From positions 17,732,001 to 17,796,000 of the forward strand of contig NC_043016.1 in assembly GCF_006345805.1 (NCBI RefSeq): DNA of 64,000 nucleotides, given 5' to 3'. The stretch comes from Octopus sinensis (taxonomy: Eukaryota). Positions 1-13,954 of the stretch are shown piece after piece (position 1 is the first letter of the stretch; each line of letters opens with the position of its first letter). The notes below the pieces were generated by a model that made no database searches, had not been told where the DNA came from, and saw only the letters and a list, made by a program, of their open reading frames with translations. A program made the position numbers and the translations under genes.

Positions 1-1550
1 ATACATATATAATACATATATATATTTACACATACTCATATGTGCATGCATGTACATACTTATACACTAACATACACACAACACACATATACATTTATAC
101 ATACGTACATACGTATGAAACAATGTACGCTGGTATGGTTATATATAACTGCATATATGTATTTTAGTACCATGCATTTCAACATGTATGCATGGATTAC
201 TACATGTAAATGAGAGAGAGCGGGGTGGCTATAGAATGGTACTCCTGAGTGGAATCTGGATGTTACCCTTTTCGGATTTTCGGTTGAGAGTGGGTTTGTA
301 TTCTTGTATACAGACAGCTTCCGTGACCTGTCTCAGCATTGCATCAGTGGGATGTGTGGATAAGATGTTTAACTCAAGTCTCCCTAAGGAGCCCTTGTGG
401 CAGTCTACAGCATGCTGATAGAAGATGGAGTTTGGTTTCTTTTCAATGTAGTTGTCCAGGTGTTCTTTGAACCTATCATTGATACTCCTAGAAGTCTCAC
501 TGATGTATGACTCTGGGTTAGTCGCGCAAGCTCTTTCTTGGTACTTAATTTGGTATACAGTGCTCTTGGTTTTGCAGTTCACATGTGGGTTTGTAGAACA
601 TACTGCACAATTATTTTGACACGTGAATCTATCAAGTGGATATGACCTACATAATACAGATTTGATAGTCCTACCTGTCTTTTCTACAACCTTGATCTTA
701 AGGCCAGTTGTGTGCAGGATTTTCTTGAATGCCTCACATAATTCGTTCTTAGGTGTGGGGGGTGGCGTCAATAAACATTACACAGTGAAATTTCTTGTTA
801 TCATACCAAGTATTGGTTTTATTTCTTTTGTTGATGTCTCTCTCTAACCTATTCCAGAACTTGTTGCGGTGTAGGTGGCATATACCGTTTTCGTCATCAC
901 TTAGAATGCGTTCGAATCTTGTCTTCGCTCCTTTGTACACTCTGATTCTGTAATATTGTGTGTATCCGGAGCGTTGCATTCGGAATATGAAGTGCTGGAT
1001 GTGTTGTTGTCGTTCTTGTGGTTGGCATAGTGGGGATACATTCCTCATTACTCTAAGTCTGCCACCAGGATGTTGAGCTTGGTAGTGCTCGACATCGCTG
1101 AGTCACTACGGATTACCAGTGGATTAGCCATAGGTTTACAATAGTGTGAGTGGAGTATACAGGGTTTAACAGTTCCGTTAACCATAGAAGTTTCTATCCA
1201 CAGCTCAGTATCTAGGACAGGTAATCTATTACTGGGGTGTTTAGAGGGTTAGTCTACAGTAACATTTATACTGCTATAAATAGAGTCAGCTATGTGTTGT
1301 ATAGCTGTCATCACCTGTTCTTCATTTAGTAGAGAGTCTATCTCTGTGTCTGTATTATTATTACATTTCACGACAAGGTTAATGTCGTCAACGTATCGAG
1401 AGTAGATAACTAAGTGGCTCTTACGGGTCGCTAGGCACTGTTTAAACTGTCTGTCCCACCATACCACGAAGAGGTTTGCAACATCGCCGGCGATCCCTAC
1501 TCCAATAGCACCGCCTTTCGTTTTAACCGTTGTCCTTGAAAAGTGTGTCA
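1..1550 (-). mobile_element. Penelope-like element (PLE) fragment: RT C-terminal part, GIY-YIG endonuclease and 3' region, frameshifted
   Basis: Minus-strand ORFs give RT motifs GGAIG and YSRYVDD (ORF 1249-1944). ORF 229-771 gives a Cys-rich linker CxxC and a GIY-YIG-like segment (VYQI...YISETSRSINDRFKEH...EAVCIQEYKPTLNRKSE). The domains are split over three ORFs. Confidence 0.9.
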
Positions 1551-1603
1551 TATGTATGTATATATATATATATTTATTTATATGTGTATGTATGTATGTA
1601 TAA

Positions 1604-1667
<64 letters not shown>

Positions 1668-2354
1668 GTAATGTATATATGTATGTAGAGATGGATGAGC
1701 GTATATGTGTGTATACTTTAAGATTATACGTATATTTATGAGTATGTGTGTCTCTATGATTGTGTGTACTTGTATATATGTATAAGGTTATATGTGCATA
1801 TATGTATCTAAGACGTTGTATCCATTCACCGTCAGACGATGGTGAGAGAGACAAACGCACACACACACACAGACATACACACACGCACACACGCACACAC
1901 ACGCACACACACGCACACACATAGACGCACACACACACATACATATGTATATATATGTGTGTGTGTGTGCCTATATAAATGTATATGTGTGTATATATAC
2001 AACCTTCAACAAGGTAACAGTCATGTATAGAACTTGAATTGACACATATCAGTACATAAACATACGTTCACATGTACATACACATGTACACACACACAGA
2101 CACGTCTACACACTCTCCTAAATACTCACATACATACGTATACACATGTACATACATGCGTATAGGCATGCACACATGCATGCGCACATACATACGTACG
2201 CACATACATACATATATACATAAATATACACATACATGCATACATACATACATACATACATACATACTTACATACACACATACATACACACACACATACA
2301 TACGTACATATATATCATGAACTAACTGTTACTTTCTCAGATGCAGCACGAAGT

Positions 2355-2405
2355 TTTGTCAGTGAAGAGGTCGCGGTCTGAAAGCGACGAAAATATTTTG
2401 ACAAA
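2355..2405 (+). ncRNA. Minimal type I hammerhead ribozyme-like motif with variant core (GUGAAGA)
   Basis: TTTGTCA-GTGAAGA-G-GTCGC/GCGAC-GAAA-ATAT-TT-TGACAAA: 7-bp helix I, 5-bp helix II, palindromic helix III. Core position C3 is G. Confidence 0.55.
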
Positions 2406-2501
2406 TTAAATTTAAATGTTGAAGTGAATTTAACGGTTTTTGTGTGTTTCTTAAATGGCTTATAAACACCTTCCACGCTGCAATTGTTATATATATATAT
2501 A

Positions 2502-2992
2502 CTGTATATCCTCGAGTATAATCCGCATTTTTTTCCCAAAATTTAAAGGTCAAAATCCCTAGTGCGTACTATATACGAGGTTAAAAATGAAAATTATTTT
2601 CTGAGCAATGTCTGAGTCTCTATTTGCTGTCCGACAATGTTTAGACGCATTTTGTGATGTCTGGAGCGAAAATACCTTAAGCTAAGCCTGAAAGCAATGA
2701 AGTCATAAAAGAATCATCCATAATTTGCAGTAAGCAACATTTATTAAACGTTATTACTGTTATTTCTTTATTTTCTGCAAACAAAATGCACAAAAAAGCT
2801 ACACGTTTGCATTATGTTATATATACAATAATAATAAAGGACGTTACCGTATACATTTTTACAAACCAAGGACGTTATATAGACCTCCTTGACTCAAGTT
2901 AGAGAAGGGGTGCGTATTATACACAAGGTTTAGGTTTTTCAGAGGTACAGCCCTCTAAAAATCACCTGCGTATTATACTCAAGGATTTTCGG
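2502..2992. mobile_element. Non-autonomous Tc1/mariner-superfamily (Tc2/pogo-like) MITE
   Basis: Imperfect ~26-bp TIRs: CTGTATATCCTCGAGTATAATCCGCA versus the reverse complement of the right end CCGAAAATCCTTGAGTATAATACGCA. Flanked by (TA)n, with subterminal TGCGTATTATAC repeats. Confidence 0.75.
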
Positions 2993-3204
2993 TATATATA
3001 TATATATATAATGGATCGAATAGACAGGGTAGCTCTTAAGGTGAAGAACACTAAGTCTGCTAGAAGATTAAACTTAATCGCTGCTGAACACCTAACGAAG
3101 ACATCATAAGAAGTGTTATAATTAGAAATAGTTTCCGAATGTCATGTCATTTTATTAATCGAAAACATTTACTTTCAGTATACAAAACACAATTATAAAG
3201 ATTG

Positions 3205-4043
3205 TGTAGGGCCCTACCCAAGGATTTATGGCAGACGAATTGTAGACGGGAAGTTCGCTGTGGGCATGGTTGCTTTAGCCAGGGCCTGTTTTGTGGATTT
3301 GAAGGCTGAGGTCATTGTACTATCCCATTCCACTTGTCTTTTATAACCATATTTTGACAGTGCCTTGTATAGAAGTCTCCTCACTCTTGCTGCAGAAGGG
3401 ATGATGTATGGTGCCCCTTTTACAGTGTCAGGAGAGTTCCTTCCGAACGCGAAGTCAGACCCAGATGTCAAAAGATACCTTGCACAACTGAAAGACAGTG
3501 TGGGCCAGTTGCGCTCTATTCCCATGTCAACACATGACACACCTAGACCATCCGTACCAAATATCACCACACGGCTAACGTCGTGTTCGTTCGATGTGAC
3601 ACACGGCGAAAATCCCTCCAGTCACTCTACGATGGCCCATATGAAGTCACATGTCCGGGAGACAAATCACTCCAACTCCTAATTGGCGGACAAGTCACAG
3701 TTTCCTCGGCAAGGAACAGTCACCGAAGAGCCGAGTAACCACACGCACGGGCAGGGCAGTTATAACGCCTTCCCGGTTCCAATGACAGTCAACAGTTCTG
3801 GTGGGGAGCTATATGTAGGACACTGCCCCAAGATTTATGACAGACGAACTGTAGACAGGAACTTTGCTGCAGGCTAGCTAGGAAGCTGGTCTGCGGCAAA
3901 GTTGACTTCCGGTTAAGCAGGCTTCTACGAAGCAGAAGTTAACTGGCGGCTGTCGCCCACATGTGTTCAACTAAATAAATCCTTCACTAACACATTCTGG
4001 GTCTCTGTTAATCTTTATTGTATAGCTTAATTAAAGCTATAAC
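3205..4043 (+). mobile_element. Rearranged Gypsy LTR-retrotransposon relic (partial LTR, inverted pol piece, integrase C-terminus, PPT, 3' LTR)
   Basis: Similar ~55-bp LTR starts TGTAGG... at 3205 and 3814. Purine tract GGTGGGGAGC lies before 3814. Integrase C-terminal motifs MYGAPFTVSGEF and (in another frame) LYDGPYEV. AATAAA at ~3975. Right end approximate. Confidence 0.8.
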
Positions 4044-5934
4044 CGTTTTAATTGCTTGCTTGCCAGCCTTCAACCAAATTATACCATGCAGCATCTGAAC
4101 CGGAAGTATTAACAATGATTTCACAGCCTTCATCGGTGCTTCAAGGATTTAATCTTTACGTTTTTGAGACGCTTGATGAGCGACGAAGAAATTCAGGTGG
4201 TGGAGGTACGATTCCTTCTCCAATAACCGGATCGATTTCTCAGCATGTCACTCGGTAATCACCGACGTATCATCCATCACGGTGTCCAGGGCTTGTTTCG
4301 CCCGGATTCATTAACAAGTCGCGTGATCTCGGCTATCGCAAATGGATCACTTTTCTATGGAATTAGAATTTAAACGATTTCCTATAATGAATGGTCTTCG
4401 AGATGGAATTTTATCCTTAGTTTTGATGGTGTCATTTCAACCATCTGCCGGTGGATCGCACTGCATCACTCAGTTGTTTAGCTGCATAGCATAGGACTGC
4501 TTGATCATCGCTGAAATGGAATTCATACCAATATCAACAACAACCGTCTCCAAACAAATTCACATATTTACAATTCCCACAGAATTATGAGCTCTATTTG
4601 CATCACTCAGTCCAAAACAAAGAAAGAAAGAAACATATTAACACGGTAAGAGGAACATCACCAACAGCTTCATTAACTGTAATAACAAGTGTAAAACAAA
4701 AGTGGCTGATGTTGTACTCTAACTGAAATCAGCTTAGACACTTCTTTTGTGAGTAGCTTCATGATATGAAAGCAAACATAAGCCGTGCAGTGGAGAGAAT
4801 ATATTTCCAGTGTCCAATTTCCAGATTGTGGCACTACACTGCATATGATTAACAACTGCAGGTCAGAATATGTGGTATGGCGCTCAACTAGATGGAAATG
4901 ATCCGGAGCTAAAGATCCGTGGAACATGTTTTATGATTCCATCTTCTACTTGCATGCAATTCAATTCACGACTGACTTGGACCTACATAACAAAAACAAC
5001 AACTAAATTAAACAGCCAGCATACGAGCGTCTACGATTTGCAAAAATGGCAACTAAATTTCCCTCAAATCACGCATTGCTGTTTTAAGAAAAAACAAGAA
5101 GCATTGGATAATGTAGTTCAAGATATTTGTGTATAAACGGTGCGATTGCTATAACTAGAACACTGGTGATTATAGGCTCAGCTAAGGACATAAGCCGGAT
5201 TTCGTTCGCTCATCAAACATCGAACACTGCTCTTTAGTATATTCATTAACTGTAGTTTGCCATATCCAAAATGGTTTCATTAGTAAGAACATTTAAGATT
5301 AATTAATGATTACATAATCAAACACCAGACTGATGTTTATACATTTCATCTTATAGCGATGTTATTTCATACTCTTTTATACTAATCTAATACTTATGCT
5401 TTCCTTTGAAATCACTGTAACTGAAAATAAAAATCTGTTAGCAGTCCATTTGTACCTGTAATTAGTTTCTAGCTTGCAGAACTTCATACTTTCTCTGCTT
5501 TTTATCAAAACTCATTGTAATTTCTCTGTTTCTTGCGCTATTCCACCGTTCCTGCCACCGTCACGCATACCATTCGCAGACTATCTATCTCTATTGAGGG
5601 TTATTTTCAACGCTATAAAAATTCAATATCTTTCACACCTTCAAATATGGTGTTTCTGAACAGATTTATAATGAGAAAAAATAAATTGCATGCAAAAGGA
5701 GAAAAGAAAATAAAGATTCAGGTGAAAATTGTTGACGACAATCACTCGTTGACCCGTTCCGAATTCCAGACAATGCCCAAGAAATCCACAGAGTATATTA
5801 ATGTCATCACTGCATTCGATCAATTTCAAGAATAACCAATTATTAAGACAAGATTGCAGTATCAAAAGTAATTATTATTTTGTATATATTTCAAACCTTA
5901 CTACTTTTTGGTGCAATCTTGCGTATTGCGCGCG

Positions 5935-5981
5935 TGTATGTGTGTGTGTGCATGTGTGTGTGTACATGTGTGCGTGCGTGT

Positions 5982-6033
<52 letters not shown>

Positions 6034-6143
6034 GAGTGGGCGTGTGTGTGTGTGTGTGCGTGCGTGTGTGTTTGTGTGTGTGTGTGCATGTGTGTGAGTG
6101 CATGTGTGTGCGTGCGTGCGTGTGTGTTTGTGTGGGGGGGTGC

Positions 6144-6177
<34 letters not shown>

Positions 6178-6190
6178 GCGTGTGTGTGTT
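5935..6190. repeat. (TG)n microsatellite, imperfect
   Basis: Direct reading. Confidence 0.95.
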
Positions 6191-6981
6191 CGTGGGCGCG
6201 TTATGTGTGAAATCATTCGAACAATAAGTTATGAGAAAAAGTGCACGTGACTAACATTTTGGAGCGCTAACGACGCGACAATTGTCAGGAATTTTCTGCG
6301 AACTGTATTAACAATATTTCTTATCTTTCTATCTTTCTATAATATAAGGAATAACTAAACAGCGATATCTTTTCTTTTTTTTCTTTTTTTCCCCCTTATG
6401 ATGTTCTTTCAGACTTGATATTTTGGTTCGTTGACGTTATGATCTGGTAACTACCTCGACGGCTAGATTTACTAAATAGTCGCTGAGAAGAAGAGCACAG
6501 AAAATAAATTGAAATGATTTTAAAAGTAAAGCGAGAAATCTAAATTAGCGAAACACACAGTAATTATTTCTCTCATTTTGGGTGGAGTGCGTTCAAAATT
6601 AATTGACAATTGCATTTGCCTCGTGTTTGTATTATCGACTCCAAAGAAATCAAAGACGACTTTGACTGAATTTCATTTGAGACTAAAGAGAGGCGTAACT
6701 AGATAATAATTTCTAACATTGGCACAATTCTAAAAATATTTGGGGAAGGACATGAGTGAATTTAATTCATATCGGAACTTAACTGATGTTTGAATTTTAT
6801 CGGCCACGGATAGGATGAAAGTAATTTTCGCCATCGGTGAACGCAAGGAGCCGAATCTATGCGATGCAAGGCTTTTTCAACAGTACTCTGCACATTTTTT
6901 CCATTTCACTGACTTTAAAATCTATAATAACGATGCAAATTACTGCAATACTATTTTACTGTTACAATACTCTTTGTATTC

Positions 6982-7265
6982 TTATTAGCAAAAAATGTCT
7001 ATACACACACGCACACATATATATCAATATATATCAATTGAACAGATATACATATATATATATGTATGTAGGTATGTATGTATGTATAATATATTATATT
7101 ATATATATATATATTATATATATTGTGTGTGTGGTGTGTGTGTGTGTGTCTACATATGTATGTACATATACATATATGTATATACATTTGTATATACATA
7201 CACACCCACACACACACACACATACATATATATATATTATATATATATATATATATAATATAATT

Positions 7266-7298
<33 letters not shown>

Positions 7299-7372
7299 TA
7301 TGTATATCTGTTCAAATTGATATATATTGATATATATGTGTGCGTGTGTGTATAGACATTTTTTGCTAATAA
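6982..7372. repeat. Long inverted repeat (foldback) in microsatellite-rich DNA
   Basis: TTATTAGCAAAAAATGTCTATACACACACGCACACATATATATCAATATATATCAATTGAACAGATATAC at 6982 is mirrored almost exactly by the segment ending ...GACATTTTTTGCTAATAA at 7372. Confidence 0.9.
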
Positions 7373-7506
7373 TATATATATATATATATATAAAATGTAT
7401 ATGTATATATATATAATATAATTATACATACATACATGCATATATATATATATGTGTGTGTGTGTATATCAGTTCAAATTGATACATGTGTGTGTGTGTG
7501 TATTCA

Positions 7507-7846
7507 GTGAAGGCACATGGTGCAGTGGTTAGAGCATCAGGCTCACAATAATGAGGCAGTGAGTTCAATTCCCGGACCGGGCTGTGTGTTGTGTTCTTGA
7601 GCAAGACACTTTATTTCACGTTGCTCCAGTTCACTCAGCTGTAGAAATGAGTTGTGACATCACTGGTGCCAAGCTGTATCAACCTTTGTCTTCTCTTGGA
7701 TAACATCGGTGGCATGGAGACGGGTGGCTGGTATGGCATGGGTGACCTCTGGTCCTCCGTAAAAACAACCCTAGGTTGTGCGTTTGTCGGTGATGGGAAC
7801 CTCTTAGGTGCACCCATGGTCATTCGTGACTGACGGAGTTGGGTTT
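7507..7846 (+). mobile_element. tRNA-derived SINE, family C
   Basis: Box A-like TGGTGCAGTGG, box B-like GAGTTCAATTCC and body TCTTGAGCAAGACACTTTATTTCAC shared with the copies at 38110, 50265 and 53428. Confidence 0.85.
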
Positions 7847-8164
7847 ATACATACATACATACATACATACATACATACATACATACATAAATACATTCAT
7901 ACATACATACATACATACATACATACACCTACTACTACATACATTCATACATATATATATATATATACATACATACGTATATACATACATACATACACAC
8001 ACACATACATACATACATACATACATACATACATACATACATACATACATACATACGTATATACATACATACATACATACATACATACATACACACACAC
8101 ATACATACATACGTGTGTGTGTGTGTGTGTGTGTGTAACAAACGATAGATATATATGAATTTCA

Positions 8165-8221
<57 letters not shown>

Positions 8222-8289
8222 AGTAACAAACGATGGATACGCGTCACTTCATTACAGACGTTTCCAATGGATTTCTTTAATATATTAAT

Positions 8290-8722
8290 GAGTGCATTAC
8301 ATCATAACTAAAAAATCCCTTTCTTCAGATGATGCATAACATTTCGAAACAGTATAAGAACAACACTTTACCACAATGGGCAAGTCAAACCTGATTCTAG
8401 CCTCGACTAATGGTACAAGGCTCCATCTGTGGGATGCAGTTAACACAGACAAATTCACATTTGGAACTTGAGAAAAGTCTTGCATATTTTTACTGTTCCA
8501 CTCACAGATTGCACTTGTAATATACGAATCAGCCTCTTTCTGAAAATCCCAGTTTATCCAGATTCTCCTTTAAGCATTTACTAACAAAACCCAGTGCTCC
8601 AAATTATTATTGGTAGGAATATGAATTCATAGTCTGGATATAGAAGCTGGAGGTTTCGAAGCAGTTGTCCATAGATATCCTGTTTTTCTTTGATTTTCAA
8701 AGAAGTATTTATATCTGCAGAA
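8290..8722 (-). mobile_element. 3' end of a non-LTR retrotransposon with restriction-like endonuclease (R4/NeSL-type), degenerate
   Basis: Manual minus-strand translation gives ADINTSLKIKEKQDIYGQLLRNLQLLYPDYEFIFLPIII / GALGFV / LQVQSVSGTVKICKTFLKF, with frameshifts. Confidence 0.7.
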
Positions 8723-10399
8723 CGGCTGATCTCTATGACGGTACATGCCTGTATATGTGTATGTATGTATGAATCATGTATGTATGTATAACATGATTTA
8801 GATTAGCGTGTGTTTTTACTAAATGTGTACATTCCAACGACTTTTATCGTGGCTTTTTTTCTGTTATAAATGCTTAAAAATGTAAATTTTATTTAAATTA
8901 CAAATACTGCACTTTTTCTTTATAATCTTGAATCTGATTATAAAACCAAAATTGTTCTGTTTGAAGCTTCAATTTCTTTTTTTCTCTCTTACTTTACACG
9001 TAAAACCAGTCATTTCCCTCTCTGGAATTTAATTTGAACATATTTTTAAGAAACTATTCATGCAGAGTGGAAGAAAAAAAACTGTCAGTTTTACTTTTAG
9101 TTTATTCCGATCGTCCCCCACTTTTCAGTTTAGTAATACAAAGTTTACGGGGGTTGATATCTGTTTTATTTTCTGTATCATAGTCTGTTTTTTTTTTGGG
9201 GGGGGGGGTTGCAAGTGACTTTACGAAAACGCTAGGATTCTACACTGTATATTTAATTAACCATGCCATTAAAGTTTCTCTATGAAAAGCATATTGATGC
9301 CATACATTCAACTTACTTTCTATTGTTCTTGTAGTGTAAATCCATTCAAGGATTGTAATACTGACGCCCTCTATGTTGTTCGCTGCCGGATGGTAATTGT
9401 TTACCATTGCTATTACAGTATTTTCCCAGTAATTTCGATATTAAAACATACATTTTCAGTCAGGCGATATTTGAGCAACTACTTTGTATCAACAGGAGTT
9501 GTAGTTTAGAAAATTTTACATACGACATGACAGATAAAACAAATAGAAAGATTGGTGCTAATCCCTTGATCCTCTATTATTTTGCACTAAATTTACATAA
9601 TATTTAAAGTAACAGAGACTCTCCTGTGTGACTGGCTGGCTGCTCTCGCTCACAGCTTTCAGTGCAATACACCTTGGTGCATATTTAATAATTAATATTC
9701 CATCTTGGATGTTTACATAAAATTTTGCCAAAACTTGTATGAATATGTCTAATCATCGGTACACATGGTAATATTTGATTGTAAAGTATCCCCAGGCTCT
9801 GAAGTTATGTAAAGAAGAATAAAAAAGAAACACAATCTTCATTTAAACCAATCACTAGAACGGTATTTATAAAATATTTCAGGCAGACTTCATTTTTAAC
9901 AAAATTACCTTGAGTAAAGTAATTTAAATTTTCAGCAATTAGAAGCATCATATATTTCAAAACTTCTGATGACTTTCAGTTTAGAAAACGTTGCATGTAG
10001 CAATTTAAAATGAAAAATTTAACCATGTTGTAAAAGCTAAAGTTTTACACTATATTGCTCCATATTCCTCGGTTTATTTTACCCTCGGTTATTAAACGTA
10101 TCCTTAGCGAATTTGATACAATTTCATTTGATTTGTCAAAGACTAAGTCTTCAGGTACCGGAATGAGCAGTCACATAAGTGGGTTCTTTTATCTTTGAAT
10201 AAGCTGCCGACCGCAAACATGATCACCAGCTGCTTCAGTAAATGCAAAAGTTACCCCTAATATTTTACAAACTCAACAAAATTATTTTAATTAGGCGAGC
10301 AACCATCGAAATTCTTTCTCATTGACAGGTTTTAATAATTACTTGTAACGGACACCATAATGGCTCCCAACTTGTTTAATTGATTGCTTTGAAGTTCCG

Positions 10400-11200
10400 A
10401 TCATGAGTCATTTCAACAATTCTAATCTAAAATGCTGCAGCCATTAGATCAACGGCTGCATCGGACCCCTTACCCTTCCCTGCAAACAGCTTCCCTACTT
10501 CATTGACACCCGCTGTTACACCCTCTTACATCTCTACTTCTGTTAACTTCTTAGCCATATCTTTGTCTACTGACCAGTCCACCGTCTCTGGTTCCATATT
10601 TTACAAACTTACCGATGCCCACACCTTCCTTAATTTCGTCTTATTTACTCCGTTCACACTAAATTAACTATCCCTAATTCATAATTTCTTCGCTTCCATC
10701 ACCTCTATAATCCGTATCTCGATGTCAATCCGAAAAATCCACTTTTATGTAATTATTCATAATAGCGCCTTCACTATTGATAGCATTGGTTTTGCCTCTA
10801 CTCCGAACCCATCCACTATCAACTCTCTTCCACCCAGCCACAAGACCTCTCCAGTGCACCTTTCTCCAATCCTTCTTCGCCATCACCCACACCTTTCTGC
10901 ACCCAAACTGAGTACTTCATCTGCAACCGCCTCTTCGTCCAAAACATTACAATTTTACGTAGTCCCAAGTCTTCGCTTCATGTCCGGGGCTGCTTTCATT
11001 TGCATCTGCAACAATTCGTCTGTTGTATCAAATGTGAAAATTTGTGGCTAAATGTTTATTAGAGAGAGCTTTTGGGTGAATCTTTTGGATGTCCAACAAA
11101 ATGGCACCATTTCGCTTTAGCCTGCTACCCGCCACTTCACTTTTTCGGGCTACTTTTACCTTTACCAGCAGTTGAATTTCCCATTGAACTCAGCTTCTCC
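10400..11200 (+). mobile_element. Highly decayed Penelope-like element (RT thumb and GIY-YIG remnants)
   Basis: SIFYKLTDAHTFLNF at ~10590-10635 resembles PLE YKPTD.H.YL.F, followed by an IPNS*FLRF remnant. A Cys-containing GIY-YIG-like remnant lies at ~10990-11070. Confidence 0.55.
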
Positions 11201-13801
11201 GTCTGATAGAAATAACTTACTTTCCTCTAATTACCTCAACACACACACACACATACGCACACGTACGCACATACTCATATGCTCACACATACAAACACAT
11301 ACACTCAAACACACACACGTACACACATGTGTACAGCCCACCCACCCACTCTCACTTTTACCACTCTCCCTCCTCCCTGACTGATGTCTTCTTCACATAA
11401 CTCGCTTATTATTATATATGCCATATTTTCACAAAGAAAACTCTTTTCTTTCCTCACCTAATTAACTCTGTTACATCAATATCAGATCATGTTTTTTTTC
11501 ATGTCGAAACACACCATTCTATCATGTAAATATCGCGCACTCAATTCTTTACCATTACGCATATACACACACATATTTATACACAATATGTCTCGCATAT
11601 TTAATTTCTGCGCTCACACTCAGACATACACATAGACAGGTATTACACGCAAGCACGTTCACATTACACACTGATCATCATAAATTCTCTGGAGCTTACT
11701 TCTTTCATTCTGACATTCTCCATTTTGCTCATTCGTCTCTGCCGTAAAACATTAACTTTCTCTTCTTACTTCCTGGTCTGGCATTCGTCGTCATGGTTTT
11801 CCTTCAGTCTCCAAGCACATTCTCTTCCATATCTTTTTTTTTTACCTTTCTTCTTTCTTCTTTCTTTACAAAAGAAAAACCAAAACATTGATATCCCTTG
11901 TCTTCCTTCACAGCATTGACCTTGCACTTCATTTCGGCATTTTTTGTTTTATCTAGTTTTTACCCTGTTTTAGCTTATAATTCACTCTGGATATTATCTT
12001 CCAGTGATGATATTGACTAAACTCAGATTTACCCTAATCCCGGCTCCCTAAAACTAATGGTCTTTAATGATAGAATAGATTCCTTGCTGCAATCGACCAG
12101 GCGATCCTTAGGGAGAGATTGAATCAGTGTACAGAATAAAAAGCAAACCTTAAGCTTTTCCTTACACAAAATGTCTGAAAACGTCAGCACATAGCAACAC
12201 GACATAAACGATTGTGTTCACGGACTTGAATATGATACGGACTTACACATGATATGTAAAAAATGTGGCAGAACTTATTCGCAAAAACAACATATTCGCA
12301 TCAAAGAAAACTTTCATACACATACTTGTTAGAATTCTCTGCACGTTTGTCATATCTGAAATGCCACGGTCGCCATCAAAACCACAGAATGGAATACTGA
12401 AAAGTTTAAGAATAAAAAAAACCCATTTTTATTAATAAATTTTGTCGTACTATCGACAAGCTAGAATAGAGTAATGTTAATTGGCTTATATAAAACATCC
12501 GCTATCGTACATGTCTACATATCAGTGCAAATCAAAGTAAATATTATCCTCCATTCTTTTTTCTCTTGACAAAGACTTTCTATAGCCGAAATATTGTAAT
12601 ATTAGGTAATAGTGTAGAGCGTTGCTTTTGGTTTTACTCTTTTATCTCCAACTTATAGTAGCTTTCTAAAACACACATACACACGCACGCAAACACACTC
12701 ACACACACACACACACACACACATACACACATACACACAGAGCGCAGAGAGAATGAGGAAGATAGAAGGACATTTTTTTTTATTTGGGATTTTTCTGCCA
12801 AACAATTTCTCTTGATAAAATATTAGTGATAAAGTACAGAAGAAGTGATCTCAACCAATTATTTATAATAATACGTTTTTTTTCTTTAAATTATATTTTA
12901 TTTAACATTTATAACGCATTGAAATAATTATTTTCTAATATCAAAATAAATTTTCATTCCGTAACCGGAAATGTCAGACCAACAGTGCAACCATGGCTAA
13001 GTGCTGAAAAAATTCAATTCGCAAATATATTGTTTTAGCATCGATTCCATTGCGTAGCACATACCATAAATTGTGAAAACTCACTTAAGGGCTCGTTCAT
13101 ATCCCTGGGTAATGGGCTTGAACTATCGCCCAATTTAGCACCACAACCTAGACTTCAGAAGGCATTATCTGAGCTCTCGCTGTTGCAACGTTTAGGCCCA
13201 GTCTCCAGTCTGATCAAAACTTATTCTCTTCCTCCTACAAGACACGGAGACCCTGAAAAAGGGTCCTGGGTACTATATTTCAGCCGCCATCACTCTGACT
13301 AAGCCACTAAAAACATATATAAAAAGAGGCTTAATGTCTAAAGAAATTATAATGCCGATTTTTTTTTTTTCATATCTGTTGCATCAAGTTGATTAAAAAC
13401 TTGTAATTCTATAACTGAAATACCTTTCAGATATTTTTAAAGTGACGATGATTGACAATTCTTTGATAATGTGCTATTTTAGTCTTTTGAAAGTGTAATA
13501 ATCAATGAAATTAATAAATCTTAACTTGAATGTGAAAAAAAAATGGCAATATAGGTTGCGTCCCATTATTTTAATAGCTTAATAATTTCATCAAATCCTT
13601 TAGCATCAGCATCATGGATAAAGAATATCACTGCACAACAGATGAGGGTGTTTAATCAGCAAGAACACTTTACAACCGTGTATCTGGGTTCGGATCACTT
13701 TGCGGCACCTCGACCAAGTATGGTTATAATACGGCCTTGGGTCGACCAATGAATAAAAATCAGTCAGCAACCAGTTGTATGTCTAAGAGTATTCATACAT
13801 C

Positions 13802-13871
13802 TTTTTTTCTTTTTTTTTTTTTTTTTGTAGTTTCAGCTCATAGCTGCGGCCATGCTGATGCACCGTCGTTG
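13802..13871 (-). mobile_element. LINE/SINE-type 3' tail plus poly(A) fused to the U6 3' end
   Basis: CAACGACGGTGCATCAGCATGGCCGCAGCTATGAGCTGAAACTAC followed by an A-tract. It resembles the SINE family B tail GGTGCTCCAGCATGGCCRCAGTCAAATGACTGAAAC. Confidence 0.75.
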
Positions 13872-13923
13872 AAAAATATGGAACGCTTCACGAATTTGCG
13901 TGTCATCCTTGCGCAGGGGCCAG

Positions 13924-13954
<31 letters not shown>

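Noticed and set aside
4052-5865. Non-repetitive stretch with short ORFs that could hide host exons
   Set aside because: No recognisable domain, stops in the candidate frames and no convincing splice pair. Needs RNA-seq or a homology search.
5801-8247. Many ORFs rich in VC/HT/YI/MYVC repeats (also at 16158-21293, 45038-45924 and 62504-63090)
   Set aside because: Translations of (CA)n, (TA)n and (TACA)n microsatellites, open in several frames on both strands. No coding signal.
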